In this document: piece by piece, positions 11,568 through 21,765 of the stretch | How the letters are laid out: every line of letters starts with the position of its first letter | Numbering within the stretch: the first letter of the stretch is position 1 | Source: Sedimentisphaerales bacterium | GTDB lineage: Bacteria > Planctomycetota > Phycisphaerae > Sedimentisphaerales > SM23-30 | Reading direction: 5' to 3' | Length of the DNA stretch: 64,000 nucleotides | NCBI GenBank assembly: GCA_963663965.2 | Contig: CAXXFK010000018.1 | Span: 32,001 to 96,000 of the forward strand | Made by a program: the position numbers and the translations under genes | Notes under the pieces: model-generated | Databases searched by the model: none | What the model was told of the DNA's origin: nothing | Seen by the model: the letters and a program-made list of their open reading frames with translations, nothing else

Positions 11568-12425
11568 TTATGGAACGAATTTTGGGTTGGTTTTCTTGTA
11601 GTTGTTGAGAGGATGGTTGCTTCCATTTTCCACTGAGAAAATGACACAAGCTATCCGTGTCGGGGCCCAGATTGGAGACCAGCCGACAATAGTCGCATTT
11701 AAAATGGAAATGGTAGAAAGGGCTTTTTCATCGACAGGATGATCCGTACGCCAGCTATAGCCGCAGCCCGGGCATTTGCGTTTTACTTCATCCTGAGGCG
11801 GCTCCTGGTAGCGCATGAGGAAATAGTAGGTGGGGGATGGCCGTGATGGTTTCGATCCGTTTACAGAGTTCACGACCTAGCCGGGATAGTTCGGAGTCGG
11901 GTGTGGCCAGGTTGCTGACAGGCGAGGATTTTCAGTTCACTGGAATTGGACCAGATTGAATTTAAATTTCGATATTGGTTTTGCCAGAGATGGATGTCAT
12001 TATGTAGCTGCTCATTATTGTTCAGTAAATAAGCGGGGATTTGTAGGCCATTATCTCCCCGGTGCAGGGCGGTTCGGAATCCATTAGATTGGTAAACAGG
12101 AATAAAAAATGGGCATGTGTCCAGGTGGTATCCCGTTTGGGCGCGAAATCATCCAGTAGCTGCCAATCGGGCGCTTTACCAAAGCAATGGATTATCTCAT
12201 CCAGCAGTTTCGATCCACTGGAGCTGTGATATTGTCGGGCCGGGCCTGGGCGCCCAGGGCGTTGAGATAGACACACAGGTTGCCAATTCTGCATGACCAG
12301 CGAGTATTCCTCGAAAATCTGACCATTTCGAATCAAACTGGATAGATAGTTTTGGAATCAGAAAAAAGGGCCTTATCATGACTTGATTGGGGTTCGGGGC
12401 CAAAGGTGAGTTTATAGAAAGTCAT
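11568..12425 (-). pseudogene. DUF2310-like Zn-ribbon protein, copy 3 (many indels)
   Basis: Starts MTFYKLTFGP; YYFLMRY...KCPGCG; homologous to 13281-14096. Confidence 0.7.
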
Positions 12426-12432
12426 ATGGGTA

Positions 12433-13273
12433 TTATTTCTTTGGGTTCTTTGAAGATTTCCATTCTCCAATAAACGGCATGGCGTTGGTCGTCGGTATCA
12501 TAGCCAATATGGGAACCAGTCGACAATGGTTGCATTTGAAATGGAAATGGCCAAAACGGGTTTTTGTCATCGATGGCATGACCGGTACGGCCAATTGCGG
12601 CCGCAACCCGGGGCATTTGCGTTTTTCTTCGCCCTGACGCCGGCCCCAGAGTAACGCATGAGAGGTAATAAAATGTGGGGGATAGTCGTAATCGTTTCTA
12701 TCTGATTCACAGAGTTCACGGCCCGCATCGAGATAATTCGCTGCCGGGGTGTTGGCCAGTTGTTTATAGGCGGGGATTTCCAATTCACCTGAGCCCATCC
12801 AGATGGAATCAAGGTTACGATAAGAGCCTTGCCAGAAGCGGACACCATTGGGAAAGATCTCATCATTTTTTCAGACGGTAAACCGGGATTGGACGGCCAT
12901 TATCTCCCCGGCATAGCGGAGATTCGGAATCCAGAAAATGGGTAAACAAAAACAGGAAGGGTGCTTTTGTCCAGGTGGTATCCCGTCTGAGCGCTTCATC
13001 ATCCAGTAGCTGCCAATCGGGCGCTTTACCGAAGAAATCAATAATCTCATCCAGCAGTTTTAATCCGTAAGAACTATGATACTTTCGTGCCTTGGCCTGC
13101 GGACCCAGAGCGGACAGATAGACACATAAATTGCCCTTTTGTACGGCCAGGGAATATTCGTCGAAAATCTGACCATTTCGAATCAAACTGGATAGATAGT
13201 TTTCGATAAGATCGACGATTGTTTTTCGATGTGATTTGGGTTTGGGGCCGAAGGTTAGTTTATAGGGAATCAT
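12433..13273 (-). pseudogene. DUF2310-like Zn-ribbon protein, copy 2 (frameshifted)
   Basis: Starts MIPYKLTFGP; LSSLIRNGQI, GDNGRPIPVYR, KCPGCGRNW and FKCNHCRLV motifs. Confidence 0.75.
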
Positions 13274-13280
13274 TTCAGTG

Positions 13281-14096
13281 TTATTCCTTTAAAGGTTTCC
13301 ATTCTCCAATAACGGCATAGCGCTGATTGTCATAACAGCAATCGGCCAGATGGGAGACGAATCGGCAGTGATCGCATTTAAAATGAAAATGATGAAACGA
13401 GGGGTTGTCGACATGATGTATTGTACGCCAGTTGCGGCCGCAACCCGGGCATTTGCGTTTTTCTTCGCCCTGACGCCGGCCCCAGTAACGCATCAGGTAA
13501 TAATACACAGGAATACCAATGGCATTTTCAATATACTGGCAGATATCCCTGCCCTGGGTTGACAGATCACTGTCAGGCGATGCTAATTCTTTATAGGATG
13601 GAATTTCAAGGGCTCTGCTCATGTACCATATAGATTCGAAGTTCTGATAGGCACGCTTCCAGAAATAAATCATTTCCCGATGTTCGTGCTTACCCGGTAC
13701 GCGGTAAAGAGGAATGGTTCTGCCGTTATCTCCCCGGTAAAGCGGTGAATCCCATTCGGAACAGAATGTCAGGTAAAGGAATGGGGCTTTTGTCCAGGTT
13801 GTATCCTGTTTGGGCGAATCATCATCGATTAAGTCCCATTGAGGCTCTTGTTTAAATAGATATACGATTTCTTTTAACCATTTGCGTCCATATTGGCAAT
13901 GATATCTTTTGTTCCGGGCCTGGATGCCGGCGGTTGGCAGATACGCCTGTAATTGGTCTTTATGCATTGTTAACAACCAGTCGCCGTAAAGCTGGCCGTT
14001 ATGGGCAAGTGCAGAGAGATAGTAATCAATTAATTCCTCGGCTTTATTGCGTTGATGAGCGGGGATACTGCCGAATGTGACTTTGTAGAGAATCAT
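13281..14096 (-). CDS. DUF2310-like Zn-ribbon protein, copy 1 (intact)
   Basis: NGQL, IPLYR, DSDLS.QGRDIC..IE...GIPVYYYLMRY, CPGC...W and FKCDHCRFVS; start ATG 14096. Confidence 0.8.
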   Translation of the reverse strand: MILYKVTFGSIPAHQRNKAEELIDYYLSALAHNGQLYGDWLLTMHKDQLQAYLPTAGIQARNKRYHCQYGRKWLKEIVYLFKQEPQWDLIDDDSPKQDTTWTKAPFLYLTFCSEWDSPLYRGDNGRTIPLYRVPGKHEHREMIYFWKRAYQNFESIWYMSRALEIPSYKELASPDSDLSTQGRDICQYIENAIGIPVYYYLMRYWGRRQGEEKRKCPGCGRNWRTIHHVDNPSFHHFHFKCDHCRFVSHLADCCYDNQRYAVIGEWKPLKE

Positions 14097-14100
14097 ATTC

Positions 14101-14694
14101 TTATTCCCGAAAATGGTGTTCGATGACCTCTTTAACTTTTTCCAGCCACGCTTGACGTTGTTGTTCGGAGCTGGTGACCAGGACACGGAACATTTCGCGA
14201 TAGAAGGTGGGGACGCCGCAGAGGTCGAAGATGCAGTTTTTCCAGAGCAATTGGAGCGGGTCGCCGAAGATTTCAGTTTCACGTTGTTCGGGGGTGTTGG
14301 CGGTATTGAAGATGATAGCGGTCCGGGCCTTGAGCAGGCCGACGGGGACTCCTTCGCCCTGATCGTCTTCGAGGAATTTATAAGCCACTTGCGGCCGGAT
14401 CACCCGGTCCACCCAGCCTTTGAGCATGGCCGGCGGCTGGCCCCACCAGTTGGGGTGCACAATGACAATACCATCGGCGTCGGCCAGTTCCGCGCAGTGG
14501 CGGGCGATGGCGTCGGGCAGGGGGGCGGAAGATGGAATCTCATCAGCCGGTAAGATCGGATCGAATTTTTCCGCGTAGAGATCGTGGAATGTAACCTGAT
14601 GGCCCAGACTTTCCAACTGCCGGACTGCCGTTTCAGCGATGGCGTGGTTAAAACTTTTGGGATCGGGATGCGCCAGAATGACGGAGATATCCAT
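14101..14694 (-). CDS. NAD(P)H dehydrogenase, flavodoxin-like fold (MdaB/KefF family)
   Basis: ILAHP...SFNHA, DLY.EKFDP and P.WWGQPPAMLKGWVDRV motifs. Confidence 0.92.
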   Translation of the reverse strand: MDISVILAHPDPKSFNHAIAETAVRQLESLGHQVTFHDLYAEKFDPILPADEIPSSAPLPDAIARHCAELADADGIVIVHPNWWGQPPAMLKGWVDRVIRPQVAYKFLEDDQGEGVPVGLLKARTAIIFNTANTPEQRETEIFGDPLQLLWKNCIFDLCGVPTFYREMFRVLVTSSEQQRQAWLEKVKEVIEHHFRE

Positions 14695-14755
14695 ACAAAA
14701 CTCCTGTTAAGCTTCAGCCGGATCATTTTATTCCGAAATTGCAGCTATTCTCGTT

Positions 14756-15058
14756 TTATTTAAACAAACAATAGAATTTGAATGGTTTGGGCCATTCTTC
14801 GCGCGGTTTGAACGCGATAGCTATTTCCTGATGATCAAGGGCTGATTCAGTGATAATAACATGATCGGGGCATTCTTTGGCTTTTTCAAATTCTTTGTCG
14901 CTAACCCGGCAAACCGCCTTGTAAAATGAACCAGACAGCCACTGGATAATTTCCGGGCTGTCTTTGAATTTCAGATAGGCTGCCAGTGAAGCATGGGCGG
15001 CCGCTAATACGGCATAGCCGACAGGAACATCCTCCCTGATCAGAATATACATCTTCAT
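14756..15058 (-). CDS. peptidyl-tRNA hydrolase PTH2-like protein
   Basis: KMYILIRED...G.A..AAAHAS, W....F.K.VC and AFKPR pattern. Confidence 0.7.
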   Translation of the reverse strand: MKMYILIREDVPVGYAVLAAAHASLAAYLKFKDSPEIIQWLSGSFYKAVCRVSDKEFEKAKECPDHVIITESALDHQEIAIAFKPREEWPKPFKFYCLFK

Positions 15059-15078
15059 GGTGTTTGGGTGGTTCTGGT

Positions 15079-15465
15079 TTATTGTTGTTTATAAGTAATC
15101 GCGCAAAGGACCGCGCCCTGGGGGTCTTGCAGGACGCAGAAGCGGCCGATGTTGGGGATATCCATGGGCGGGCGGAGGATTTTACCGCCCAGTTGTTCGA
15201 CTTTGGCGGCGGTGGCGTCCACATCATCGACGGTGATATAGATTCCCCAGCAGGGTGGCATGGGGCCGCATTCCGGCGGCTGTTTCATGATACCGCCGGT
15301 TTCATCGCCGTTGACTTTTAAGAGGGTATAGGACATGCCTTCCATGGGGTAGTCCTGGGTTTCCCAGCCGAACAGTTCGGCATAAAACGATTTGGCCGCT
15401 TCCTGGTCGGTTGTCATCAGTTCAAACCAGCCGAACGCGCCATGTTTTAGAGCTTCAGGTTTCAT
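15079..15465 (-). CDS. VOC/glyoxalase family protein
   Basis: W.ELMTTD...AKSFY..LFGW, YITVDDVD and GRFCVLQDPQGA; RBS GAAGGAG before ATG 15465. Confidence 0.92.
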   Translation of the reverse strand: MKPEALKHGAFGWFELMTTDQEAAKSFYAELFGWETQDYPMEGMSYTLLKVNGDETGGIMKQPPECGPMPPCWGIYITVDDVDATAAKVEQLGGKILRPPMDIPNIGRFCVLQDPQGAVLCAITYKQQ

Positions 15466-15784
15466 AAGACCGTCTCCTTCAATAAAATTAGTTACGGGAT
15501 AATCTTTCACGCCAATACCCGGCCCGAATTTCCCTTTTTCATGGACTGGGTGGCCTGATGATAATGCAAATGGAGTATAATGCAACCTTTATAATGATTT
15601 TTGCAAGAACGGGCTGGGCGGCCCGCAAGGACAGGGGATTTGTCTTGTTATTCAGTAAAAGCTTTTTATAATATTCAGGAGCAGCCACGTAGTCCGGCGG
15701 GGCGATTAACACGCCGATTACTAAACCTTGTCCGGCCGTCGATAGGGCTGTCAGGGCCGGGATCAATGAATCTGGAAATGTGAT

Positions 15785-17149
15785 ATGTTTGAAGATGATG
15801 AGACAATGAATGTGTTGCGGGATGCCCTGGAGCTTTCGCCGGAAAATATGATTCTGCGTACCCAGTACGCGCGGTTACTGATGGGGCGCGGGCATCTGGA
15901 TGACGCGGAACAGGTTTTGCGGGATGGGCTGGCGCTATCCGCGCAGAGCGAGACACTGAAGATAGCCCTGGCCGACTGTTATCGACGGAAAGGCAACACC
16001 TCGGCGGCGCTGGTCATTATTGAAGAAATGATCAAGCATCCCGGTTGCAAGCCGGCCCTGTTTATTCAATATGCCCGGTTGCTGCTGGCGAAAGGTCAGC
16101 CCGATCAGGCCGCCCGGGCCTATCGGCGGGCGGTTGAGACTGACGCGAATCTGGCAGACGCAGAGCTGGCGGAGTTGCTGGGGGTTAATGAGAAGAATAC
16201 CTTATGGCAGGATCCGGCCGAGGTGGATGAAGAAGGGCGGGTGCGCCAGTTTGCCGATGAGCCGGGTGATGATGATCTGATTGCCGAAATGGAAAAGCCA
16301 GATATCAATTTTAAGGATGTCGGCGGCATGGAGGAGGTCAAAGAACAGATTCGCATGAAGATCATCGCGCCGATGCAGAACCCGGAGATTTTTCAGGCTT
16401 ATGGCAAGCCGATTGGCGGCAGTCTGCTGCTTTATGGCCCGCCGGGTTGCGGCAAGACCCACATTGCCCGCGCGACTGCCGGAGAGATTTCGGCGGGTTT
16501 TTTCGCGATCGGATTGCATCATGTGCTGGATATGTACATTGGCAACAGTGAGCAGCGTTTGCACGCCCTGTTTGAAAATGCGCGTGAGCATACGCCTTGT
16601 GTGTTGTTTTTCGATGAGGTGGACGCCCTGGCGGCCAGCCGGTCGGATATGCGTTCCAGCGCCGGGCGGCATCTGATTAACCAGTTTCTTTCGGAACTGG
16701 ATGGGATCGACAGCACCAATGAAGGCATCCTGATCCTGGCCGCGACCAACGCGCCCTGGCATCTGGACAGCGCTTTTCGGCGGCCGGGGAGGTTTGACCG
16801 GATGCAGTTTGTACCGCCACCGGACGCGCCGGCGCGGGCTTCGATTTTGCGGGTTCAGCTCAGCGGCAAGCCCCAGGAAGATATTGATTATTTTGCCGTG
16901 GCCAACAAGACGGATAAATTTTCGGGCGCGGATCTCAAGGCGGTAGTGGATACCGCGATCGAACAGAAGCTGAGCGAAGCGCTGAAAAAAGGCAATCCGC
17001 AGCCTTTGCGGACGAAAGACCTGGTCCAGGCGGCCAAGACCATCAAACCCTCCACGGCGTCCTGGTTTGCCTCGGCGCGTAATTATGCCCTGTATGCCAA
17101 CGATGGCGGCATGTATGACGATATCCTGGACTATTTAAAACTGAAATAA
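15785..17149 (+). CDS. TPR-containing AAA+ ATPase
   Basis: N-terminal TPR-like helices; Walker A GPPGCGKT, Walker B LFFDEVD, SRH AATN.PW.LDSAFRRPGRFD. Confidence 0.92.
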   Translation: MFEDDETMNVLRDALELSPENMILRTQYARLLMGRGHLDDAEQVLRDGLALSAQSETLKIALADCYRRKGNTSAALVIIEEMIKHPGCKPALFIQYARLLLAKGQPDQAARAYRRAVETDANLADAELAELLGVNEKNTLWQDPAEVDEEGRVRQFADEPGDDDLIAEMEKPDINFKDVGGMEEVKEQIRMKIIAPMQNPEIFQAYGKPIGGSLLLYGPPGCGKTHIARATAGEISAGFFAIGLHHVLDMYIGNSEQRLHALFENAREHTPCVLFFDEVDALAASRSDMRSSAGRHLINQFLSELDGIDSTNEGILILAATNAPWHLDSAFRRPGRFDRMQFVPPPDAPARASILRVQLSGKPQEDIDYFAVANKTDKFSGADLKAVVDTAIEQKLSEALKKGNPQPLRTKDLVQAAKTIKPSTASWFASARNYALYANDGGMYDDILDYLKLK

Positions 17150-17167
17150 CCGGAACGAGATTAAACT

Positions 17168-18418
17168 ATGAATAGCCGCATCATGATATTAATGCAGCAA
17201 TCGCGCTACGATCTGGCAGAGCAGGAGCTGCGCCAGTATCTGGCACAGAATATGGATGACGCGCACTGCCATGCGCTGCTGGCCTTTTGTCTGAATCAGC
17301 TGAAGCGCTATGAGGAGGCCCAGGAGGTGGTTGGCAAGGCCATCGCGCTGGATCCGGAGCACAGTTTCAGTTTTTATGTACTGGCCCGGATCAAGATTTC
17401 GTTGAAAGACCTGAAAGCCGGCCGGGAAGCGATCGATCAAGCGATCCGGCTGGCGCCGGAAGAGAGCGAATATTACGGGATGCTGGCGTTGATCTATTTA
17501 CAGGCGCAGCGCTGGCAACAGGCGCTGGATGCGGCCAATGAGGGATTGCGGTTCGATCCAACCGATCAGGACTGTTTGAATTTCCGTTCCATGGCGCTGA
17601 CCAAGCTGAATCGGCATGATGAGGCGCAGCAATCGATCCATCAGACGCTAAGGGAAAATCCGCAGAATGAGATGGCGCATGCCAATATCGGCTGGGCGGC
17701 GCTGCATCGCGGCGATCATAAAGCCGCGTTGGAACATTTCAGCGAGGCGCTGCACATCAATCCGAATCTGGATTGGGCCCGTATGGGACTGGTAGAGGCG
17801 CTCAAGGCCCGTTATTGGATCTACCGGATCATTTTAAAGTTTTTCCTCTGGATGACGACGCTGCCACCCCAATACCGGGTCGGGCTGATTTTCGGTTTGT
17901 TTATTCTGATGCGAGCGCTGGATGCGTTTTCAGAGCGCAATCCGGCGCTGACCCCGTTTATTCAACCGGTACTTACTTTTTATATGTTTTTTGTTCTGCT
18001 GACCTGGCTGGCTGTGCCGCTGTTCAACTGGATTATCGGATTCAATAAGTTTGGGCGGCATGCGCTATCGAAAAGTCAGAAAAACCAGGGAGTGATTTTT
18101 GGCCTCTTTTTTATTTCCCTGCTGTTGTCAATTGCGGCCGGTTTTGTGACTCATATTGAACTGTTTTTCCAGGTCGCGTTATGCCTGGGTATTCTGATTA
18201 TACCCAGTACTCATGTGTTTAATCATATGGAAAAAGGAATCCCGGTCCGGGCGGTTCTGTATGTCGTTGCGCTGGGGCTGACCGGCATTGGGTGGCTGGT
18301 GGCATCCGGTCTGGGGCGGGAATCCCTGTCCAGTTCGTTGTTTGGGCTGTTTATTCTGGGATTTGTTTTTTATACCTGGGCCGGTTCTTTGCTGGGTTTA
18401 AAGACCCGGGCGGTTTGA
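17168..18418 (+). CDS. TPR-repeat membrane protein
   Basis: About six N-terminal TPRs followed by several hydrophobic TM segments. Confidence 0.85.
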   Translation: MNSRIMILMQQSRYDLAEQELRQYLAQNMDDAHCHALLAFCLNQLKRYEEAQEVVGKAIALDPEHSFSFYVLARIKISLKDLKAGREAIDQAIRLAPEESEYYGMLALIYLQAQRWQQALDAANEGLRFDPTDQDCLNFRSMALTKLNRHDEAQQSIHQTLRENPQNEMAHANIGWAALHRGDHKAALEHFSEALHINPNLDWARMGLVEALKARYWIYRIILKFFLWMTTLPPQYRVGLIFGLFILMRALDAFSERNPALTPFIQPVLTFYMFFVLLTWLAVPLFNWIIGFNKFGRHALSKSQKNQGVIFGLFFISLLLSIAAGFVTHIELFFQVALCLGILIIPSTHVFNHMEKGIPVRAVLYVVALGLTGIGWLVASGLGRESLSSSLFGLFILGFVFYTWAGSLLGLKTRAV

Positions 18419-18640
18419 CTGTTTAAGATATCTAAAAAAAACCGACTATTATGGGACGTTATCGGCTATCGATCCGGTATATAAAGAAAAAACAAGATTG
18501 AATAGCACTGGGCGCCGATTAAATAAAGGTCCGACTAAACAGAATCGAAGGTATCCGGTGATTTCGATAAGAGAGGAAGCGAGATCAAGGAGTGGAATCT
18601 ATTCTTATTCAGATCGAAATATCAGGAGCTTTTTTGTCAA

Positions 18641-20920
18641 ATGGCTAAGAGCCGTCAGATAAATGGTGTTGTCTGGATTGTAATACTGGGGGTATTTTTA
18701 TGTTGCCGGGGTTATGGTCAGGAAGCCGGTTCCAAACGAATATACCATGTGTTGTTATTGAATTCGTATCATATCGGTCATCGCTGGTCTGACGATGTGA
18801 CTCAAGGAATTATTGAAACGCTGGGTGATGAGAGTAGTGATTCCATTGAATTATCCGTGGAATATATGGATACCATGCGCCTGGCGGATCAGGATCATCT
18901 GGAAATGCTGGCCGGATTGTATTCACATAAGTACAGCCAGTTACCGATCGACCTTATCATTGCCTGTGATAACAACGCACTGAATTTTGTATTGGCCTGT
19001 CGGGAGCAGGTATTTGACAATCTGCCGGTGGTTTTTTGCGGGATTAATGATTTTGAGCCGGAGATGATCGCCGGGCAAAAAAATATTACCGGCATCAATC
19101 AGTATCTGGAGGTGGCCGGGACCATTCGCATGGCTTTGAAGGTGCAGCCGGGTTTGCGCAAGATGCTGGTGATCAATGATGAAACCACGACCGGTCAGGC
19201 CAATCAGCTGTTGTTTGACAAGGCCAGGACGCAGTTTGAAAACCGGCTGACATTTGAAGTCGTTCGGCAGGTTAACCCGGATATTTTATTCGAGAAGCTG
19301 GGATCATTGGGGCCGGATTCAGCGGTTTTATTGTTCAAATATCATTATGACAGTACGGGGCGGTTTTACTCCGAGCCGGAATTCGTTCAGATGATACGCA
19401 CCCATTGCCGCCGACCGATCTATTCGTTCCAGGAACAGTTCATGGAGTTTGGGATAACCGGCGGCGAGGTCCTCAGCGGCAGGTTGCATGGCCAGGCGGC
19501 CGCCAAACTGGCATTGCGTATTTTGCGGGGCGAGCCGGCTGATTCGATTCCGGTACAGATGACCAGTCCGGTGGTTGAAGTGCTGGACTATCGACAGATC
19601 GTTGACTATGACCTGAAGACGGACAAGTTGTCTCCCCATTGTCACATTTTGAATCAGCCGCCCTCGCGATTCGAAAATTACCGCAAATGGATCTGGATCG
19701 CCTTCTGGATTATCCTGGTTCAATCGATTTATATTGTTATTCTGTTGGCTTTGAGGCGGAAACAGGCGCTCACCCAAGCCGCTTTACAGGTTAGCGAACA
19801 GGCCTTGCGGCGCGAACGGGATATTCTTAATCGGATATTGGAATCCAGCCCCAACGGCATCATGCTGGTCAGTCATACCGGGCGGTTAAGCTTTGCGAAT
19901 TCACAGGCTCGCCTGTTGCTGGGCATTTCGTCTGATCCGGAGACTGCTATCGATTTGAATCATCCGGATTGGGAAACCATTGATCTGGAAGGCGAGCCTG
20001 TGCCCAGAGAAAACCGGGCATTCTTTCAGATATTGAGTTCTGGAGGACGGCTTTATAATATCCAACACGGGATTCGGCGGCGGGATCATTCGACAGTTGT
20101 GGTTGCCATAAATGCCGCTCCTTTATATAATGAGAGCGGAAAGATTGACAACATAATTTTTATTTTTGAGGACATTACCAAACAAATCGCGGCAGCCAAA
20201 GAACGCGAGAAGTTGATTACGCAACTGGAATATAAGAATCAGGAGATGGAACAGTATATGTACACCTTCTCGCATGACCTTCGATCACCGCTGGTGTCGA
20301 TCGGAGGTTACCTGGGGATGATGCAGCAGGATATCGCGCAGGGAGCATTTGATAATATCAGCCGCTACTATCAGACCATTATCACCGCGCTGAATCAAAT
20401 GAATTGCCTGCTGGACGATCTACTGGCGTTATCCCGGGTGGGGCGTGTCCAAAGCATTGCCGAATCGGTGGATTTAAATGATCTGATCCAGGAAGTTATT
20501 GCGCTGGTGCATGGCCGGCTGTTCGGTCGTCAGATTGAATATCGTATTCAGGATCATCTTCCGGAGGTAAGCGGCGACCGTCATCGTTTTATCGAAGTCT
20601 TTCAGAACCTGATAGACAACGCCGCCAAGTATATGGGCAATCAGAGCCAACCCATCATCGAAATTGGCTGCGATGTTGAGAACAGTCATTATCGGTTCTG
20701 GGTGCGTGATAATGGTATCGGGATTTTGCCCCAATACCGTGAAAAAATCTTCAACCTGTTCGAGAAACTTGACCGTTCCACGGATGGTTCGGGTATGGGA
20801 CTGGCGATTGTGGAACGGATCGTCGAGTTATATGGGGGGACCATCTGGGTGGAATCGCCGGGGGCCGGCCAGGGATGTTGCTTTTATTTTACTTTGCCCA
20901 GAACCCATTCGGTGGTCTGA
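18641..20920 (+). CDS. sensor histidine kinase (periplasmic substrate-binding-like, PAS, HisKA, HATPase)
   Basis: LLNSYH.G..W sensor start, TM, PAS, SHDLRSPL H-box, NLIDNA, DNGIGI and GSGMGL. Confidence 0.92.
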   Translation: MAKSRQINGVVWIVILGVFLCCRGYGQEAGSKRIYHVLLLNSYHIGHRWSDDVTQGIIETLGDESSDSIELSVEYMDTMRLADQDHLEMLAGLYSHKYSQLPIDLIIACDNNALNFVLACREQVFDNLPVVFCGINDFEPEMIAGQKNITGINQYLEVAGTIRMALKVQPGLRKMLVINDETTTGQANQLLFDKARTQFENRLTFEVVRQVNPDILFEKLGSLGPDSAVLLFKYHYDSTGRFYSEPEFVQMIRTHCRRPIYSFQEQFMEFGITGGEVLSGRLHGQAAAKLALRILRGEPADSIPVQMTSPVVEVLDYRQIVDYDLKTDKLSPHCHILNQPPSRFENYRKWIWIAFWIILVQSIYIVILLALRRKQALTQAALQVSEQALRRERDILNRILESSPNGIMLVSHTGRLSFANSQARLLLGISSDPETAIDLNHPDWETIDLEGEPVPRENRAFFQILSSGGRLYNIQHGIRRRDHSTVVVAINAAPLYNESGKIDNIIFIFEDITKQIAAAKEREKLITQLEYKNQEMEQYMYTFSHDLRSPLVSIGGYLGMMQQDIAQGAFDNISRYYQTIITALNQMNCLLDDLLALSRVGRVQSIAESVDLNDLIQEVIALVHGRLFGRQIEYRIQDHLPEVSGDRHRFIEVFQNLIDNAAKYMGNQSQPIIEIGCDVENSHYRFWVRDNGIGILPQYREKIFNLFEKLDRSTDGSGMGLAIVERIVELYGGTIWVESPGAGQGCCFYFTLPRTHSVV

Positions 20921-21109
20921 AGTTTTTTTATCAGGTGCTTGAAAAAATAATTCTCAATTTTTTCGGTACTTATATATGGTGAGTTATCCTATTCCGATCT
21001 GAATCGCTACCCCTGCGTAATACACTGTCAGTCTCATCACTGGATACGGGAAGTCTGGCGCAAGGCGTTTAAGCAATGGCTGGCTTCCGGGCAATAAGGT
21101 TGGAATATT

Positions 21110-21379
21110 TCAGGCAGATGATTCGAGCGCTGAGATGGCTTTTTCTATGGCCGCCACCGCATCGCCTATCGTCAGTATTTTTTCGCTATCGTCATCGGGT
21201 ACGGTAATATTAAAGGTGTCTTCAATGGCCATGACAAATTCGATTTGTGCCAGGCTGTCGAAGTTGAGATCGGCCACAAAATGTGAATCGGGGGTGATCT
21301 GTTCACGTGGGACATCCGTTTGATGGGTGGCCAGTTCGATCACCTCTTGGATCAGGTTTTTTGGGTTTGGGGTTATCAT
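21110..21379 (-). CDS. acyl carrier protein (paralog)
   Basis: DLNFDSLAQIEFVMAIEDTF phosphopantetheine motif; acidic, 89 aa. Confidence 0.88.
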   Translation of the reverse strand: MITPNPKNLIQEVIELATHQTDVPREQITPDSHFVADLNFDSLAQIEFVMAIEDTFNITVPDDDSEKILTIGDAVAAIEKAISALESSA

Positions 21380-21723
21380 GGCTGGACCTCCTGTTTGTTT
21401 TGGGTGTGGTTATTGATCGCGATGATCAGTTTGCGGATGGTCTTGAAGTCGGGTGTTGTCCGGCCGGTTTCGATACGGCTGAGAGTTTCCACCCGGACGC
21501 CGGCCTGCTCAGCCAGGTCTTTCTGGGTCAGGCCGGCTTCCTGCCGCCGCTGAAGCAGACGGTCGGCCAGGCGTTGATCGCTCATTGCCATGGCATCCAG
21601 GGCATCGGGTTTTCCCGGTGTCTGGCCTGGCTGGGTTAATTCGCGAAATTCATCTTCCCGGATGATGATGTACCAATTGCTATCCAGAAAAACACGTTGA
21701 TAGGCTGTTTTGTTTTGACTCAT
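21376..21723 (-). CDS. XRE-family helix-turn-helix protein
   Basis: RRQEAGLTQKDLAEQAGVRVETLSRIETG HTH; ATGA overlap with the ACP gene. Confidence 0.88.
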   Translation of the reverse strand: MSQNKTAYQRVFLDSNWYIIIREDEFRELTQPGQTPGKPDALDAMAMSDQRLADRLLQRRQEAGLTQKDLAEQAGVRVETLSRIETGRTTPDFKTIRKLIIAINNHTQNKQEVQP

Positions 21724-21731
21724 AATTGATT

Positions 21732-21765
21732 AGTATATCAAAATAGACATAGAAGTCAATATTGA
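21732..21765 (-). promoter_or_regulatory. sigma70-type promoter, likely leaderless, with palindrome over the -35
   Basis: Minus strand TTGACT-16 nt-TATACT (TG extended -10), 8 nt before ATG 21723; TCAATATTGA palindrome at 21756-21765. Confidence 0.55.

Noticed and set aside
14097..14282. N-terminal extension of the 333-aa ORF in the track
   Set aside because: Overlaps the NAD(P)H dehydrogenase; paralogue alignment places the start at 14096
11227..15465. Integron cassette array (run of short co-oriented genes)
   Set aside because: Gaps are mostly 4-60 nt with no attC-like inverted cores, and no integrase is present
21040..21095. Hairpin GGAAGTC...GGCTTCC as a riboswitch
   Set aside because: Lies between convergent gene ends and matches no aptamer consensus I recognise
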